NCBI GenBank assembly: GCA_038212275.1
Contig: JBBQUR010000003.1
Location: 96,001-160,000, forward strand
From: Planctomycetota bacterium
Lineage (GTDB): Bacteria > Planctomycetota > B15-G4
Direction: 5' to 3'
Length of the DNA: 64,000 bases
A program made the translations under genes and the position numbers. Positions 36,638-46,769 of this stretch are shown in pieces. The number at the start of each line of letters is the position of its first letter. Position 1 is the stretch's first letter. The notes under the pieces were generated by a model. That model had not been told where the DNA came from. It searched no databases and saw nothing but the letters and a program-made list of their open reading frames with translations.

Positions 36638-38017
36638 TCAGGCCGCGTTCAAATAGCCGTAGAAGACGGTCCGGATGAGGATGCGGACGTCCAGCGCCAG
36701 CGACCAGTGCTCGATGTAGAAGAGGTCGTGGTCGATCCGCTCGGTGAGGCTGGTGTCCGCGCCGCGCAGCCCGTGGATCTGGGCCCAGCCGGTGATTCCG
36801 GGCTTGACCCAGTGCTTGTGCGCGTAGCGCGGGATGCGCTCCTTGAAGGAGCGGATGAACTCCGGCCGCTCCGGCCGCGGACCCACGAGGCTCATGTGCC
36901 CGAGCAGCACGTTGACCAGTTGCGGCAGTTCGTCCAGGTTGGTGCGGCGCAGCAGCGCCCCGAGGCGCGTGCAGCGCGGGTCATCGGTGATGGCCATGAC
37001 GGGCCCCGTGCCGGCCTCGGCGTCCGCCGCCATCGTGCGGAACTTCAGCATGCGGAAGACCTTGCCGTGTGCGCCGACGCGCTCCTGCACGAAAAGGGCC
37101 CCGCCCGCCGACGTCAGGCGCACGGCCAGCGCGATCGCGAGCATGGGCAGCGCCATGAGGAGCAGCAGCGCGCTGGCCACGGCCATGTCGAAGCAGCGTT
37201 TGACGGCGAGCGCTCCGAGCGGCAGCTCTGCAGTGACGAAACCCAGCAACGGCACGCCGCCGACGCGCTGCCACGTGGGCACCAGGTTCGTGGCGGGGAA
37301 CATCGTCGAGGTGATGTGCACCGAAATGCCCTCGCGGTCCGCGATGGCGAGGATCTCCTGCAGCAGGTCGTGCTGAAGCGTCTCGGCCTCGACCAGCACC
37401 TGGTCCACGGAGCCCTGGTTCAGCAGCTCCAGCGCCTCCTTGAGGTCGAGGCGCGGGCCGAGGTCCGTCGGCACGACATCTGCAGCCACGCCGATGAGGT
37501 GCATGGGGGCGTGCGGCCCGCGCTGCAGGGCGGCCAGCAAGCGCAGCACCCGGCGCGACATGCCGAAGACCAGCAGCCTCTCGGAGCCCATGCCGTCGCC
37601 ATGGATCGTCCGGCCGCCGCGGCTCACGAGCAGACGCGACAGCACGAGCGCCAGCACGGCCGTCCCCAGGAAGAGGTAGCGGACCGGGCGCATGTCCTGG
37701 TCGGGGTAGAGCAGCACGCGCGTGAGCCCGAGCACGGCCATCGTCGCCAGCCCACCCCAGAGCGGCTCGACGCTGGCGGTCAGCCGAGGCCAGACCGGCT
37801 CCTGCCCGGCGCGGTACAGGCCGAAGGCCCACAACGAGATGGCGATGAGCGGCGCGGCCACGAGGTACATCCGCGCGCAGGCCGCGACGCCGGGAATCGT
37901 GCCGGCGGCGATGAGGTCGTAGCGGAGCGCCACGGCCGCGGCAAACGCGGCAGCCAGCAGCAGCTGATCCAGCACGAACAGGCTGATGCGCGAGGTTTCG
38001 GACTGTCGAGAAAGCAT
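36638..38017 (-). CDS. Polyprenyl-phosphate sugar phosphotransferase (WcaJ/WbaP-like initiating transferase)
   Basis: KRCFD, KFRTM, LDELPQLVNVLLGHMSLVGPRPE, VKPGITGWAQ; N-terminal TMs. Confidence 0.93.
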   Translation of the reverse strand: MLSRQSETSRISLFVLDQLLLAAAFAAAVALRYDLIAAGTIPGVAACARMYLVAAPLIAISLWAFGLYRAGQEPVWPRLTASVEPLWGGLATMAVLGLTRVLLYPDQDMRPVRYLFLGTAVLALVLSRLLVSRGGRTIHGDGMGSERLLVFGMSRRVLRLLAALQRGPHAPMHLIGVAADVVPTDLGPRLDLKEALELLNQGSVDQVLVEAETLQHDLLQEILAIADREGISVHITSTMFPATNLVPTWQRVGGVPLLGFVTAELPLGALAVKRCFDMAVASALLLLMALPMLAIALAVRLTSAGGALFVQERVGAHGKVFRMLKFRTMAADAEAGTGPVMAITDDPRCTRLGALLRRTNLDELPQLVNVLLGHMSLVGPRPERPEFIRSFKERIPRYAHKHWVKPGITGWAQIHGLRGADTSLTERIDHDLFYIEHWSLALDVRILIRTVFYGYLNAA

Positions 38018-38071
38018 GCCCCTCATTCATTGGCACAGGACGGTGGCTTGCCCCGACCACGCATGGCGAGT

Positions 38072-39436
38072 CTAGAGAGAGCCCGAGTCCGATCCAAGAA
38101 CAGCCTTGCCGCTGCGAGGTTGCTGTTCCGTTGAAAGATCCCGCAGCGCCGTCGCGGGTCGAGCATCGGATGCATCCGGCGCGGCAGCGGGCGGCGAGAT
38201 GCCGAGCACGTCGGACAGTTCACGCAGGAAGCGGGCCGTGGAGAAGTGTTCGGCGCGCGCACGCGCGGCCTCCGGGTCGAAGTGCGGTTCGAGCTCGCGC
38301 TCGAAGCGCAGGATCGCCGCGCAGAGCGCACCGATCTCGCTTTCGGCCTCGGGCCTCTGCACGTGGGGCGAGTGCACCGGCATGTCGCCCGAGGTCTGCG
38401 CGTCCTCGTCGCCCGCGTCGGCTCCGAAGAGGCATCCCGTCACGCCGTCGACGACAGTCTCCGTGGCGCCGCCGCGGGCCAGCGCGATGACGGGTCGGCC
38501 ACAGGCCATGGCCTCCACCGGCACGAGGCCGAAGTCCTCTTCGCCGGGAAAAAGCAGCGCGCGAGCCTGACGGTAGAGCGTGCGCACGGCAGCGTCGTCC
38601 GGGTCCGGAACGAAGCTCGTGACCGGGCTCGGGGGGATGCGCGCCGCCAGGGCCGCGAGACGTCGGCCGCCGCCGGCCACCACGAGCGGACGTTTCAGCC
38701 GCCGGCACGCCTCGAGCGCGATCTCGAAGCGTTTGTAGGGCACGGCCTCGCCCAGCAGCAGGTAGGGCGCCGCGGACCGCTGGCCGGCGCGCTCGCGTGC
38801 CGTCCGATCGGGCACGAAGAACTCGGTGTCCACCGGCGGATACAGCACCTCGCTCTCCCGGCCGTAGCAGCGCGCGATGCGCTGCCTCACGTGCTCGGAG
38901 ATGGCGAGGAAGCGGTCCACGCGCTGCGCGCCGCGCAGATCCGCCGCGCGCACGCGGGCCAGCACCGCGCGCACGGCGGGGCGCGCCAGGGCGGGCACGG
39001 AGGTCTTCAAGTAGAGCTCCGACAGGTCCCAGGCCCAGCGCGGCGGGCTGTAGCAGTAGCAGATGTGCGTGGCGCCCGGAGGCACGCGCACGGTCTTGGC
39101 CAGCGCGGCGTCGCTGCTGAGCACCAGCCGGTGGCCCGACAGGTCCAGCGAGCGCCACGCGGCGGCGTGCCACGGCAGCAGCGCCCGGAAGCTGCGCGCC
39201 GCCGCCGGCAGCTGCTGCAGCGGGGAGGTCACGACGCGAGAGATTCCCGCCGGCGCCGGACAGGCGCGCCGGTCGTGCACCAGCGTGTAGAGCGTGGCGC
39301 CCGGCACGAGGCGCGACAGCACCTCCAGCACGCGCTCGCCGCCGCGCCGCGACACCAGCCAGTGATGGACCAGGGCGACGTGCTCGTCCGGCCGAAGGGC
39401 ACGCAGCTTCGTGTCTGCACTCGCTCCGGGGCTCAT
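38072..39436 (-). CDS. Glycosyltransferase family 4
   Basis: VHHWLVSRRGGERVL, CYCYSPPRWAWD, EEDFGLVPVEAMACGRPVIA; ATG overlaps the FIST stop. Confidence 0.92.
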   Translation of the reverse strand: MSPGASADTKLRALRPDEHVALVHHWLVSRRGGERVLEVLSRLVPGATLYTLVHDRRACPAPAGISRVVTSPLQQLPAAARSFRALLPWHAAAWRSLDLSGHRLVLSSDAALAKTVRVPPGATHICYCYSPPRWAWDLSELYLKTSVPALARPAVRAVLARVRAADLRGAQRVDRFLAISEHVRQRIARCYGRESEVLYPPVDTEFFVPDRTARERAGQRSAAPYLLLGEAVPYKRFEIALEACRRLKRPLVVAGGGRRLAALAARIPPSPVTSFVPDPDDAAVRTLYRQARALLFPGEEDFGLVPVEAMACGRPVIALARGGATETVVDGVTGCLFGADAGDEDAQTSGDMPVHSPHVQRPEAESEIGALCAAILRFERELEPHFDPEAARARAEHFSTARFLRELSDVLGISPPAAAPDASDARPATALRDLSTEQQPRSGKAVLGSDSGSL

Positions 39437-40611
39437 TCCGCCGGTGCGGCCGCCTCGCGGAACAGCGCGATGCTTGCAGTGAAGCCGTGGGCGAAGGACT
39501 GGCCGCTCACGGGGCCGATCTCGCCGGCGGCGAAGAAGCCCGCGGTGGCGACATCGGGGAAGCCGCGATGCACGCCCTCGATGTCGTGATTGGGCGAGCC
39601 GAAAAAGCGCTTGCCGCGTGCGCCGCAGGAGAAGAGCAGCGCACCCAGCGCCGGCCCGCGCAGCGCCTCCTCGGCGAGCACCTCGGCCATGTCCTCGTCC
39701 GCGGTGGCGCTGTCGCGCACGAGGAACTGCACGGACTGTCCCGGGCGGATGAAGTCGTTGAGGGTGAGCGTGCCCTTGTCGCGATCGATGTCGAGCACGT
39801 CGCGTACGAGGAAGTCGCGCCGGTCGAAGCTGCTCTTGCGCTCGTCGACGACTCGACCGATGTGCAGCGCCTTCTGCATGAGGCCCTGGTCGCGCGCGTC
39901 CGCCTCGTGGAACACGGTGTGGAGCTGCTCGAGCGCCGGTTTGCCGCCCAGCGTGCCGATGACGTTGCGCGTCGCCGACGTGATCACGAAGTGCTTGCCG
40001 ATCGGTCGGCAACCATGGCTCACGACGGGATCCACGCGCACGCCGCCGCCGATGGCGAGGCCAAGGCAGCCCTCATCCTGCACGCCGTCGGCGGTGAGCA
40101 GCAGGGCCTGACCCGGGCCGGGTGCGCCGCTGGCGATGCCCCCGATGACGGGCGCCCCCGGAAAACGCGTCGCGAAGCCTTCCAGCAGCGTGTCCAGCGG
40201 CGTGCTGTGCGGGTCGGCCAGCACGAGGAAGCCGGTGCCGGGCTCCACGGTCTCGGGCCAGCCCTGCAGCTCGATCTCGCCGTCCACCTCGTCGGCTTCC
40301 AGAGTGAAGGGGCGCAGCACGGCGCCTGGCCAGCGCGCCGCCCAGAGCGCCACCGCCGGGCCGGATTCCAGCTCGTCATTGCCGCCGATGATGCCGGCGC
40401 CCGGGCAGCCGAGCAGCACGCGGGGCTTCAGGCGGTCGAGCACGCGCCGTCGCAGCACGTCGATCTCGCCCGCGTGATGCGGCGTGTAGAAGGCCAGCAC
40501 CAGGTCGGGCGGCCCGGGGCCGAGTTGCTCCGACAACTGCGCACACAGCTCGTCGAGGCCTCGCACGAGGTTGGCCTGGCGGGTGGTGACGACGGCGCAC
40601 TTCACGGGCAT
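39433..40611 (-). CDS. FIST N/C domain signal-transduction protein
   Basis: GCPGAGIIG, LADP, IGGIASG, VSHGCRPIG, VQFLVRD, LLFSCGARG, GFFAAGEIGP, HGFTAS. Start approximate. Confidence 0.9.
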   Translation of the reverse strand: MPVKCAVVTTRQANLVRGLDELCAQLSEQLGPGPPDLVLAFYTPHHAGEIDVLRRRVLDRLKPRVLLGCPGAGIIGGNDELESGPAVALWAARWPGAVLRPFTLEADEVDGEIELQGWPETVEPGTGFLVLADPHSTPLDTLLEGFATRFPGAPVIGGIASGAPGPGQALLLTADGVQDEGCLGLAIGGGVRVDPVVSHGCRPIGKHFVITSATRNVIGTLGGKPALEQLHTVFHEADARDQGLMQKALHIGRVVDERKSSFDRRDFLVRDVLDIDRDKGTLTLNDFIRPGQSVQFLVRDSATADEDMAEVLAEEALRGPALGALLFSCGARGKRFFGSPNHDIEGVHRGFPDVATAGFFAAGEIGPVSGQSFAHGFTASIALFREAAAPAE

Positions 40612-40754
40612 CTCCGAGGCTCGGTCACGCGCCGACCCGGAAAGCCTGGCGCCGCGCGGGTGTACCAAATCGCTATGCTCGGGAGCTTCGGCCGGCGCCC
40701 CACCCGTCGGGTCGCCGCAAGCCGCCATTCCCGGACGGGTCAGCGGAGACTGCG

Positions 40755-41099
40755 ATGAAACATGCATGGAAGGCCCTGGCTCTGAGTGTGGTGCTGGTCT
40801 GCGCGGCCTGTTCGGATGCGGCCTCGACGTCGGCGACTCCCGAGGGTGCGAAGAAGGTCGGTGAGACGGCTGCTGCAACTGGCGTTGCAGCCGCGCCGGC
40901 CGCCGGCACGGCCGTGGCGAGCATCAATGCGCTGTGCCCGATCATGGGCAACCCGGTGGAGGCCGAGGGCGGCACGACCGAGTTCGCGGGCAAGACGGTC
41001 GGCTTCTGCTGCCCGAAGTGCTCCGGCAAATTCGCGGCGCTGGACGACGCGGGCAAGCTGAACGCGCTGGCCAAGCACGGCACGACGCTGCCCCAGTGA
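40755..41099 (+). CDS. Small lipoprotein with YHS/TRASH-like Cys motif
   Basis: CAAC lipobox; NALCPIMGNPV...VGFCCPKC. Confidence 0.8.
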   Translation: MKHAWKALALSVVLVCAACSDAASTSATPEGAKKVGETAAATGVAAAPAAGTAVASINALCPIMGNPVEAEGGTTEFAGKTVGFCCPKCSGKFAALDDAGKLNALAKHGTTLPQ

Positions 41100-42457
41100 G
41101 GGTGGGCCGCGACGCTCCGCGCCGCGGCCGTCAGCGCGGCGCCATCGCTCAGTGGCTCGCTTGCTGCGCGCTGTCCGCGGCGTGCGCTGCGCAGTCGCCC
41201 GAGGTGTCCGACAGCGCGGGGTCTGAAGCAGACCAGGCAGGCGGCCAGCGCCTCGCGTCGCGCGCCTTGCTCCCCGAGGAGAGCGCGCGGCCGGCCGATG
41301 CGCCGCACCTCGCCGTCGGTGACGATGGCGTCGTCGCGGTCGTCTGCGCCAGCGACGACACCATCCTTGTCACGCTGTCGCTTGACGCCGGTGCGTCGTG
41401 GCGGCAGCCGGTGAGCGTGGGCAGCGCGGGGCGGCTCGAACACGGCCTCATGCGCGGACCGCGCGTGGCCGTCACACCGGCCGCGCTCGTCGTGGCGGCC
41501 GTGTGCGGCGACCAGCTTGGCGGCCACGACGGGGATCTGTTGGCGTGGCGCTCGCTCGATCGCGGCACGAGCTGGCTCGGGCCCGTGCCGATCACCGACG
41601 CGCCGGCCGCGGCGCGCGAGGGTCTGCACGCGCTGGCGGCCGACAGCGCCGGCCGCCTGCTCTGTGCATGGCTCGATCTGCGCCACGAGCGCACGGAGTT
41701 GTGGGGCAACTGGTCGCTCGACGGCGGCGCACACTGGTCGGCCAACGCCTGCCTCTATCGCGCGCCGGGGGGCGGCATCTGCGAATGCTGCCCGCCCGCG
41801 GTGGTCTTCTTGCCCGCCGATGCGCCGACCCCCCAGTCCGGCATCGAGCCGCCCTCCGCGCCCGCAAAGGTGTCGATCCGCGACGCCGACCAGGCCGTGG
41901 TGCTGTGGCGCAATCTGCTCGCGGGCAACCGCGACCTCTTCGCGCTCGCGGTCGGGCCCGACGGGCCGGCGGATCCCGCCGGTGCGCAGCCGCTCGGAGC
42001 GGGCCACTGGGCGCTCGACGCCTGTCCGATGGCGGGGGGCAGCGCCGCGGCCTTGCTGCAGGCCGCTGCATCGGACGGCAGCGGCCGTCCGGGCGTCGGC
42101 CTCGCGGGGATGCTGAGCTTCTGGCGGCGCGGCGGCGACCTGTTCACCGCGATCGGCAGCGACGCCGAGCAGCGCTGGGCCGCGGGACGCGAGACGCACG
42201 CCGCCAGCGGCCCGGGTGGCCCGCACCTGTTGTGGACCGACGACGCCGGCCACGTGCGCAGCGCCGTCTGGCCTGCGTCCGCGAGCACGGCCGTCGACTG
42301 GGGGCGAGGCTTCAACGCGGCCGTCGCGGGCGCTCCCGATGGCTGCGGGCCCGTGCTCGCGGTCTGGGAGTCCGCAGAGGAGGGCCCGGGTCACGTCCGG
42401 ATCGCGACGCTGTCGCCCCGCGCGCCGTCCCCGGAATCGAACCGGATGCGGCGCTGA
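41096..42457 (+). CDS. Secreted BNR/Asp-box (sialidase-like beta-propeller) protein with Cys motifs
   Basis: Asp-boxes SLDAGASW, SLDRGTSW, SLDGGAHW; ICECC and WALDACPMAGG; GTGA overlap with the upstream gene. Confidence 0.8.
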   Translation: MRVGRDAPRRGRQRGAIAQWLACCALSAACAAQSPEVSDSAGSEADQAGGQRLASRALLPEESARPADAPHLAVGDDGVVAVVCASDDTILVTLSLDAGASWRQPVSVGSAGRLEHGLMRGPRVAVTPAALVVAAVCGDQLGGHDGDLLAWRSLDRGTSWLGPVPITDAPAAAREGLHALAADSAGRLLCAWLDLRHERTELWGNWSLDGGAHWSANACLYRAPGGGICECCPPAVVFLPADAPTPQSGIEPPSAPAKVSIRDADQAVVLWRNLLAGNRDLFALAVGPDGPADPAGAQPLGAGHWALDACPMAGGSAAALLQAAASDGSGRPGVGLAGMLSFWRRGGDLFTAIGSDAEQRWAAGRETHAASGPGGPHLLWTDDAGHVRSAVWPASASTAVDWGRGFNAAVAGAPDGCGPVLAVWESAEEGPGHVRIATLSPRAPSPESNRMRR

Positions 42458-42539
42458 GCGAGGCTATCCTTGCGGCCCGCGTCGGCCGTCGGCCCGCGCT
42501 CGGTTCCGCTTCCTGTTTCCGCCTTTCGGAGTCACGCGC

Positions 42540-43364
42540 ATGCTCAGCCTGCGATCGATGTTGCCGTCCCTGCTGCTTGCACTCGCCGTGCCGGTGGCCG
42601 CGCAGACCGAGGCGAGCCGTCCCGAGGCAGCCGCTGCTCCGCAGACGGCGCCCGCGCGCGCCGAGGCCGCCGCGCCCGCTGCGACGATGTCCGATGACGA
42701 GATCATCGCCGCGCAGAAGCCGAGCTATCCGCTGAAGACCTGCCTCGTCAGCGACGAAGCGATGGGCGGCTCGATGGGCGCGCCCGTGGACGCCGTCTTC
42801 CAGGGCCGGTACATGCAGTTCTGCTGCGCGGAGTGCATGCACAACGTGGAGAAGGAGCCGGCGAAGTTCCTCGCCAAGCTGGACGCCGCCGTCATCGCCG
42901 CGCAGAAGCCCGGCTATCCGCTCAAGACGTGCGTGATGAGCGGCGAGACGCTGGGCAGCCGGCCGGTGGAGTTCGTCTACGGCACGCGACTCGTTGAGTT
43001 CTGCTGCAACGACTGCAAGGCCGACTTCCTCAAGAACCCGACGCCCGCGCTGAACACGATCGACGTGGCGCTCATGGCCGCGCAGAGCGCCAGCTATCCG
43101 CTGACGACCTGCCCCGTGAGCGGCGAGAAGCTGGAAGATCCGATCGAGGTGCTCTACGGCGTGCAGCTGGTGAAGTTCTGCTGCAAGCAGTGCGCCGGCG
43201 AGTTCCGCGCCAATCCCGAGAAGTATCTGGCGATCGTGCAGGCGGCACGCCCCGCGGTTGACGCCGCACCTGCTGCGCCTGCCGCACCGGCCGCACCTGC
43301 TGCACCGGCCGCCGGCGAGCACGCCGGCCACGGCGAGGGTCATCCCGCCCCGCGCGGCAACTGA
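42540..43364 (+). CDS. Secreted protein with three YHS-like repeats (YPLxTCxxS...FCCxxC) and a His-rich tail
   Basis: Signal peptide; three repeats with FCCAEC, FCCNDC, FCCKQC; C-terminus GEHAGHGEGH. Confidence 0.85.
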   Translation: MLSLRSMLPSLLLALAVPVAAQTEASRPEAAAAPQTAPARAEAAAPAATMSDDEIIAAQKPSYPLKTCLVSDEAMGGSMGAPVDAVFQGRYMQFCCAECMHNVEKEPAKFLAKLDAAVIAAQKPGYPLKTCVMSGETLGSRPVEFVYGTRLVEFCCNDCKADFLKNPTPALNTIDVALMAAQSASYPLTTCPVSGEKLEDPIEVLYGVQLVKFCCKQCAGEFRANPEKYLAIVQAARPAVDAAPAAPAAPAAPAAPAAGEHAGHGEGHPAPRGN

Positions 43365-43550
43365 CGCCCGACGCGGCCCGCGCCGGCCGGCCGAGCGGAT
43401 GTTGCCGCCGAGCGCTGCCGGATCGTGAACGCCCGAAATGAGGTTTGCCTCGCCGTTCGCGTACGCGTCCCGGGGCACCGCCGCTGACGTGGCAGCACGG
43501 ATTCACTATCCTCTGCCGCCCATGCGACACGCCCAGGAGCTTCCTTCGCC

Positions 43551-44735
43551 ATGAATTCCCAGGACATCGTCATTGCCGGAGCGGTGCGCACGCCGATCGG
43601 CAAGTTCATGGGCGGCCTGCAGTCCGTCAGTGCGGTGGAGCTGGGCGTGCACGTCACGACGGCGGCGCTCGCGCGCGCGGGACTGGCCGCCGCGGACGTG
43701 GACCAGGTGATCTTCGGCATGGCGCGACAGGCGGGCAGCGGCCCCAACGTGGCCCGCCAGGTGCAGATCCGCGCGGGCCTTCCGGAGAGCGGTTCGGCGA
43801 TCACGATCAACCAGGCCTGCGCCTCGGGACTGCGCGCGGTGTTCATGGCGGCGCAGGAGGTGCGCAGCGGCGCGGCGCGCGCGGTGGTCGCGGGTGGCAC
43901 GGAGTCCATGTCGCGCATTCCCTTCCTGCTGCCGGACATGCGCGCGGGTTACAGGCTCGGGCACGGCATGGCACTCGACGGCAACTTCCAGGACGGCTTC
44001 AACTGCCCGCTCGCCGAGTCACCGATGGGCGCGACGGCCGAGACACTGGCGGATCGTTACGAGATCTCGCGCGAGTCGCAGGATGCCTTCGCGCTGGAGA
44101 GCCAGCACAAGACCGAGGCCGCGCAGAAGGCCGGCCGTTTCAGGGACGAGATCGCACCGCTCACGGTCAAGAGCCGCAAGGGCGACGTCGTGCTGGACAC
44201 CGACGAGCATCCGCGCAGCGGCTCCACGCTGGCGGACCTTGCGAAGCTGCCGGCCGTCTTCCGCAAGGGCGGCACGGTGCACGCGGGCAACAGCTCGGGC
44301 ATCACCGACGGCGCGGCCGCGATGATCGTCACGACGGCGGGCTTCGCGAAAGAGCGCGGACTGAAGGTGATGGCGCGGCTCGCCGGTGAAGCCCTCGCAG
44401 GCGTGGACCCCAGGGTCATGGGGCTGGGCCCCGTGCCGGCGACGCGTGCGCTGCTGGCGCGCACCGGCCTGTCGCTGAAGGACATCGACCTCATCGAGCT
44501 CAACGAGGCCTTCGCAGCGCAGGTCATCGCCTGCGATCGCGAGCTGTCGCTCGACCATGCGCGGCTCAACGTGAATGGCGGCGCCATCGCGCTGGGTCAC
44601 CCGATCGGCGCCACGGGCGCGCGCATCGTGGTGACGCTGCTGCACGAGATGGCGCGGCGCGGCAGCCGGCGCGGCCTCGCGACGCTCTGCGTCTCGGGCG
44701 GCATGGGCATCGCGGCGCTGTTCGAGCGCGACTGA
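43551..44735 (+). CDS. Acetyl-CoA C-acyltransferase (thiolase)
   Basis: [34 protein letters not shown]. Confidence 0.95.
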   Translation: MNSQDIVIAGAVRTPIGKFMGGLQSVSAVELGVHVTTAALARAGLAAADVDQVIFGMARQAGSGPNVARQVQIRAGLPESGSAITINQACASGLRAVFMAAQEVRSGAARAVVAGGTESMSRIPFLLPDMRAGYRLGHGMALDGNFQDGFNCPLAESPMGATAETLADRYEISRESQDAFALESQHKTEAAQKAGRFRDEIAPLTVKSRKGDVVLDTDEHPRSGSTLADLAKLPAVFRKGGTVHAGNSSGITDGAAAMIVTTAGFAKERGLKVMARLAGEALAGVDPRVMGLGPVPATRALLARTGLSLKDIDLIELNEAFAAQVIACDRELSLDHARLNVNGGAIALGHPIGATGARIVVTLLHEMARRGSRRGLATLCVSGGMGIAALFERD

Positions 44736-46612
44736 TGCGCTCGCCTTCGCGCGCTGCGCCGGACGCCGCGCGACGTGCCTCCGGTGTCGCGACGACGCCT
44801 CGGTGGCGGCGCGTGATCGCACGCTGCCTTGCAGCCTGCTGCTGGCCGCTGCTCGCCGGCGCTGCGGGGTGTGCGTCCGAGACCGTCGTCGTCGGGCCGG
44901 AGGTGTCTTCCGCGCGCGGCCTCGTGGTGAGCGAGGCGCCGCTTGCGAGCCGCATCGGCGCCGACGTGCTCGCGCGCGGCGGCAATGCGGTGGATGCCGC
45001 GGTGGCGACGGCCTTCGCGCTTGCCGTCGTCTATCCGACGGCAGGCAACCTCGGGGGCGGCGGCTTCCTCGTCGTCCACATGCAGGGCCGGGAGTGGGCG
45101 CTCGACTTCCGCGAGACCGCGCCGGCCGCGGCGACGCGCGACATGTACGTCGTCGCCACGGCTGCCGCCGACGCGCACGATCCGGGCACGCAGGCCGTGA
45201 CCGCGGACGCCTCGCTCACGGGACAGCTCGCGAGCGGCGTGCCCGGTTCCGTCGCGGGACTCTTCGCGGCGCACGCGCAACTCGGCGCGCTGCCGTGGGC
45301 TTCGCTGCTCGCTCCGTCCATCGCGCTCGCCGAGGACGGCTTCGTCGTGGATACGGCCTTCGTGGAGGACCTCGACACGGAAGCCGCGCGGCTGCGGCGA
45401 TTCCCGGCCTCGGCGTCGCTGTACCTGACGGGTGGCGACGGGCCGGACGCCGCGCCGCTGCGCCCGGGCGACGTCTGGCGCAATCCCGACCTCGCCGCGG
45501 TGCTGCGTCGCATCGCGGCAAGCGGGCCAGACGGTTTCTATCGCGGCGCGACGGCCGACGCGATCGTCGCCGAGATGGCGCGCGGCGGCGGGCTCATCAC
45601 GCACGCGGACCTCGCGGGTTATCGCGCCGTCTGGAGGCAGCCGCTTGAGTTCGACTACCGCGGCGCGCGCATCTGCTCGATGCCGCCGCCGTCGTCCGGC
45701 GGCGTCGCGCTGCAACTGCTGTGCGCGCTGCTTGCACCCTACGACCTGCCCGCGCTCGGCTGGCATTCGCCGGCCGCGCTGCACCTGCAGGCCGAGGCCT
45801 CGCGCCGTGCCTTCGCCGCGCGCAACGCCTGCCTCGGCGACCCGGACTTCGTGGAGAACCCGCTGGCGCAACTCTTCGACCCGGCGTGGGCCGACGCGCA
45901 GCGCGCCGGCATCTCGCCCGACCACGCCACGCCGTCACGCGACGTGGACCCGGGCCTGCCGCCGGGCGTGCGCCGGGGCAGCGACCTGAGCGAGGCGCAG
46001 CACACCACGCACCTCTCCGTGATCGACGCGCGCGGCGACGCGGTGGCGCTCACGACCACGCTCAACGGCTCGTACGGCAGCGCGGTCGTCGTCACCGGTG
46101 CGGGCTTCCTGCTCAACAACGAGATGGACGACTTCGCGACGCGGCCCGGCACGCCCAACACCTACGGACTCGTGCAGGGCGAGTCCAATGCGATCGAGCC
46201 AGGCAAGCGCATGCTGTCGTCGATGACTCCGACCATCGTGCTGGACGCCGACGGCCGCGTGCTGCTCGTGACCGGCGCGGCCGGCGGCCCGCGCATCATC
46301 AGCGCGACCTTCGGCATCGTGAGTGCGGTGCTGGACTTCGGTGCGGACGTCCGCGCCGCCGTGTTCGCGCCGCGCATTCATCATCAGCACCTGCCCGACG
46401 AACTCATGGTGGAGACGCAGGACCTGTCCGGCGCCGGGACGTCGGCAGGCCCGGAAGCAACGCTTGACGCACTGCGCGCGCTCGGGCACGCGCTCCATCG
46501 CGTGAAGGCTCTCGCGGCTGCCCCGTCGATCGGCCGTGATCCGGCCGATGCCGCGCGCTGGCTCGGCGTGGCGGAGCCGCGCTCGCACGGCGCGGCCGCC
46601 GGCGTGCGCTGA
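44735..46612 (+). CDS. ggt: Gamma-glutamyltransferase
   Basis: GGNAVDAAVA, DFRETAP, HTTHLSV (autocleavage Thr), LLNNEMDDF, PGKRMLSSMTP, GAAGGPRI. Confidence 0.95.
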   Translation: MRSPSRAAPDAARRASGVATTPRWRRVIARCLAACCWPLLAGAAGCASETVVVGPEVSSARGLVVSEAPLASRIGADVLARGGNAVDAAVATAFALAVVYPTAGNLGGGGFLVVHMQGREWALDFRETAPAAATRDMYVVATAAADAHDPGTQAVTADASLTGQLASGVPGSVAGLFAAHAQLGALPWASLLAPSIALAEDGFVVDTAFVEDLDTEAARLRRFPASASLYLTGGDGPDAAPLRPGDVWRNPDLAAVLRRIAASGPDGFYRGATADAIVAEMARGGGLITHADLAGYRAVWRQPLEFDYRGARICSMPPPSSGGVALQLLCALLAPYDLPALGWHSPAALHLQAEASRRAFAARNACLGDPDFVENPLAQLFDPAWADAQRAGISPDHATPSRDVDPGLPPGVRRGSDLSEAQHTTHLSVIDARGDAVALTTTLNGSYGSAVVVTGAGFLLNNEMDDFATRPGTPNTYGLVQGESNAIEPGKRMLSSMTPTIVLDADGRVLLVTGAAGGPRIISATFGIVSAVLDFGADVRAAVFAPRIHHQHLPDELMVETQDLSGAGTSAGPEATLDALRALGHALHRVKALAAAPSIGRDPADAARWLGVAEPRSHGAAAGVR

Positions 46613-46769
46613 AACGGGTTTCGCGGCCCTTGCGGTTTTGCTTGCGATCGCCGCGGAGGGTACGCACCATGCCGCCGCGCGCTGCGTGCGCCTGCCGCGG
46701 ATCGGCGGGCGCGGGTCACGACGTGTCGCCGCAGCGTGGGTTCACGATTCATTCCTTCGGAGTCCAGAC

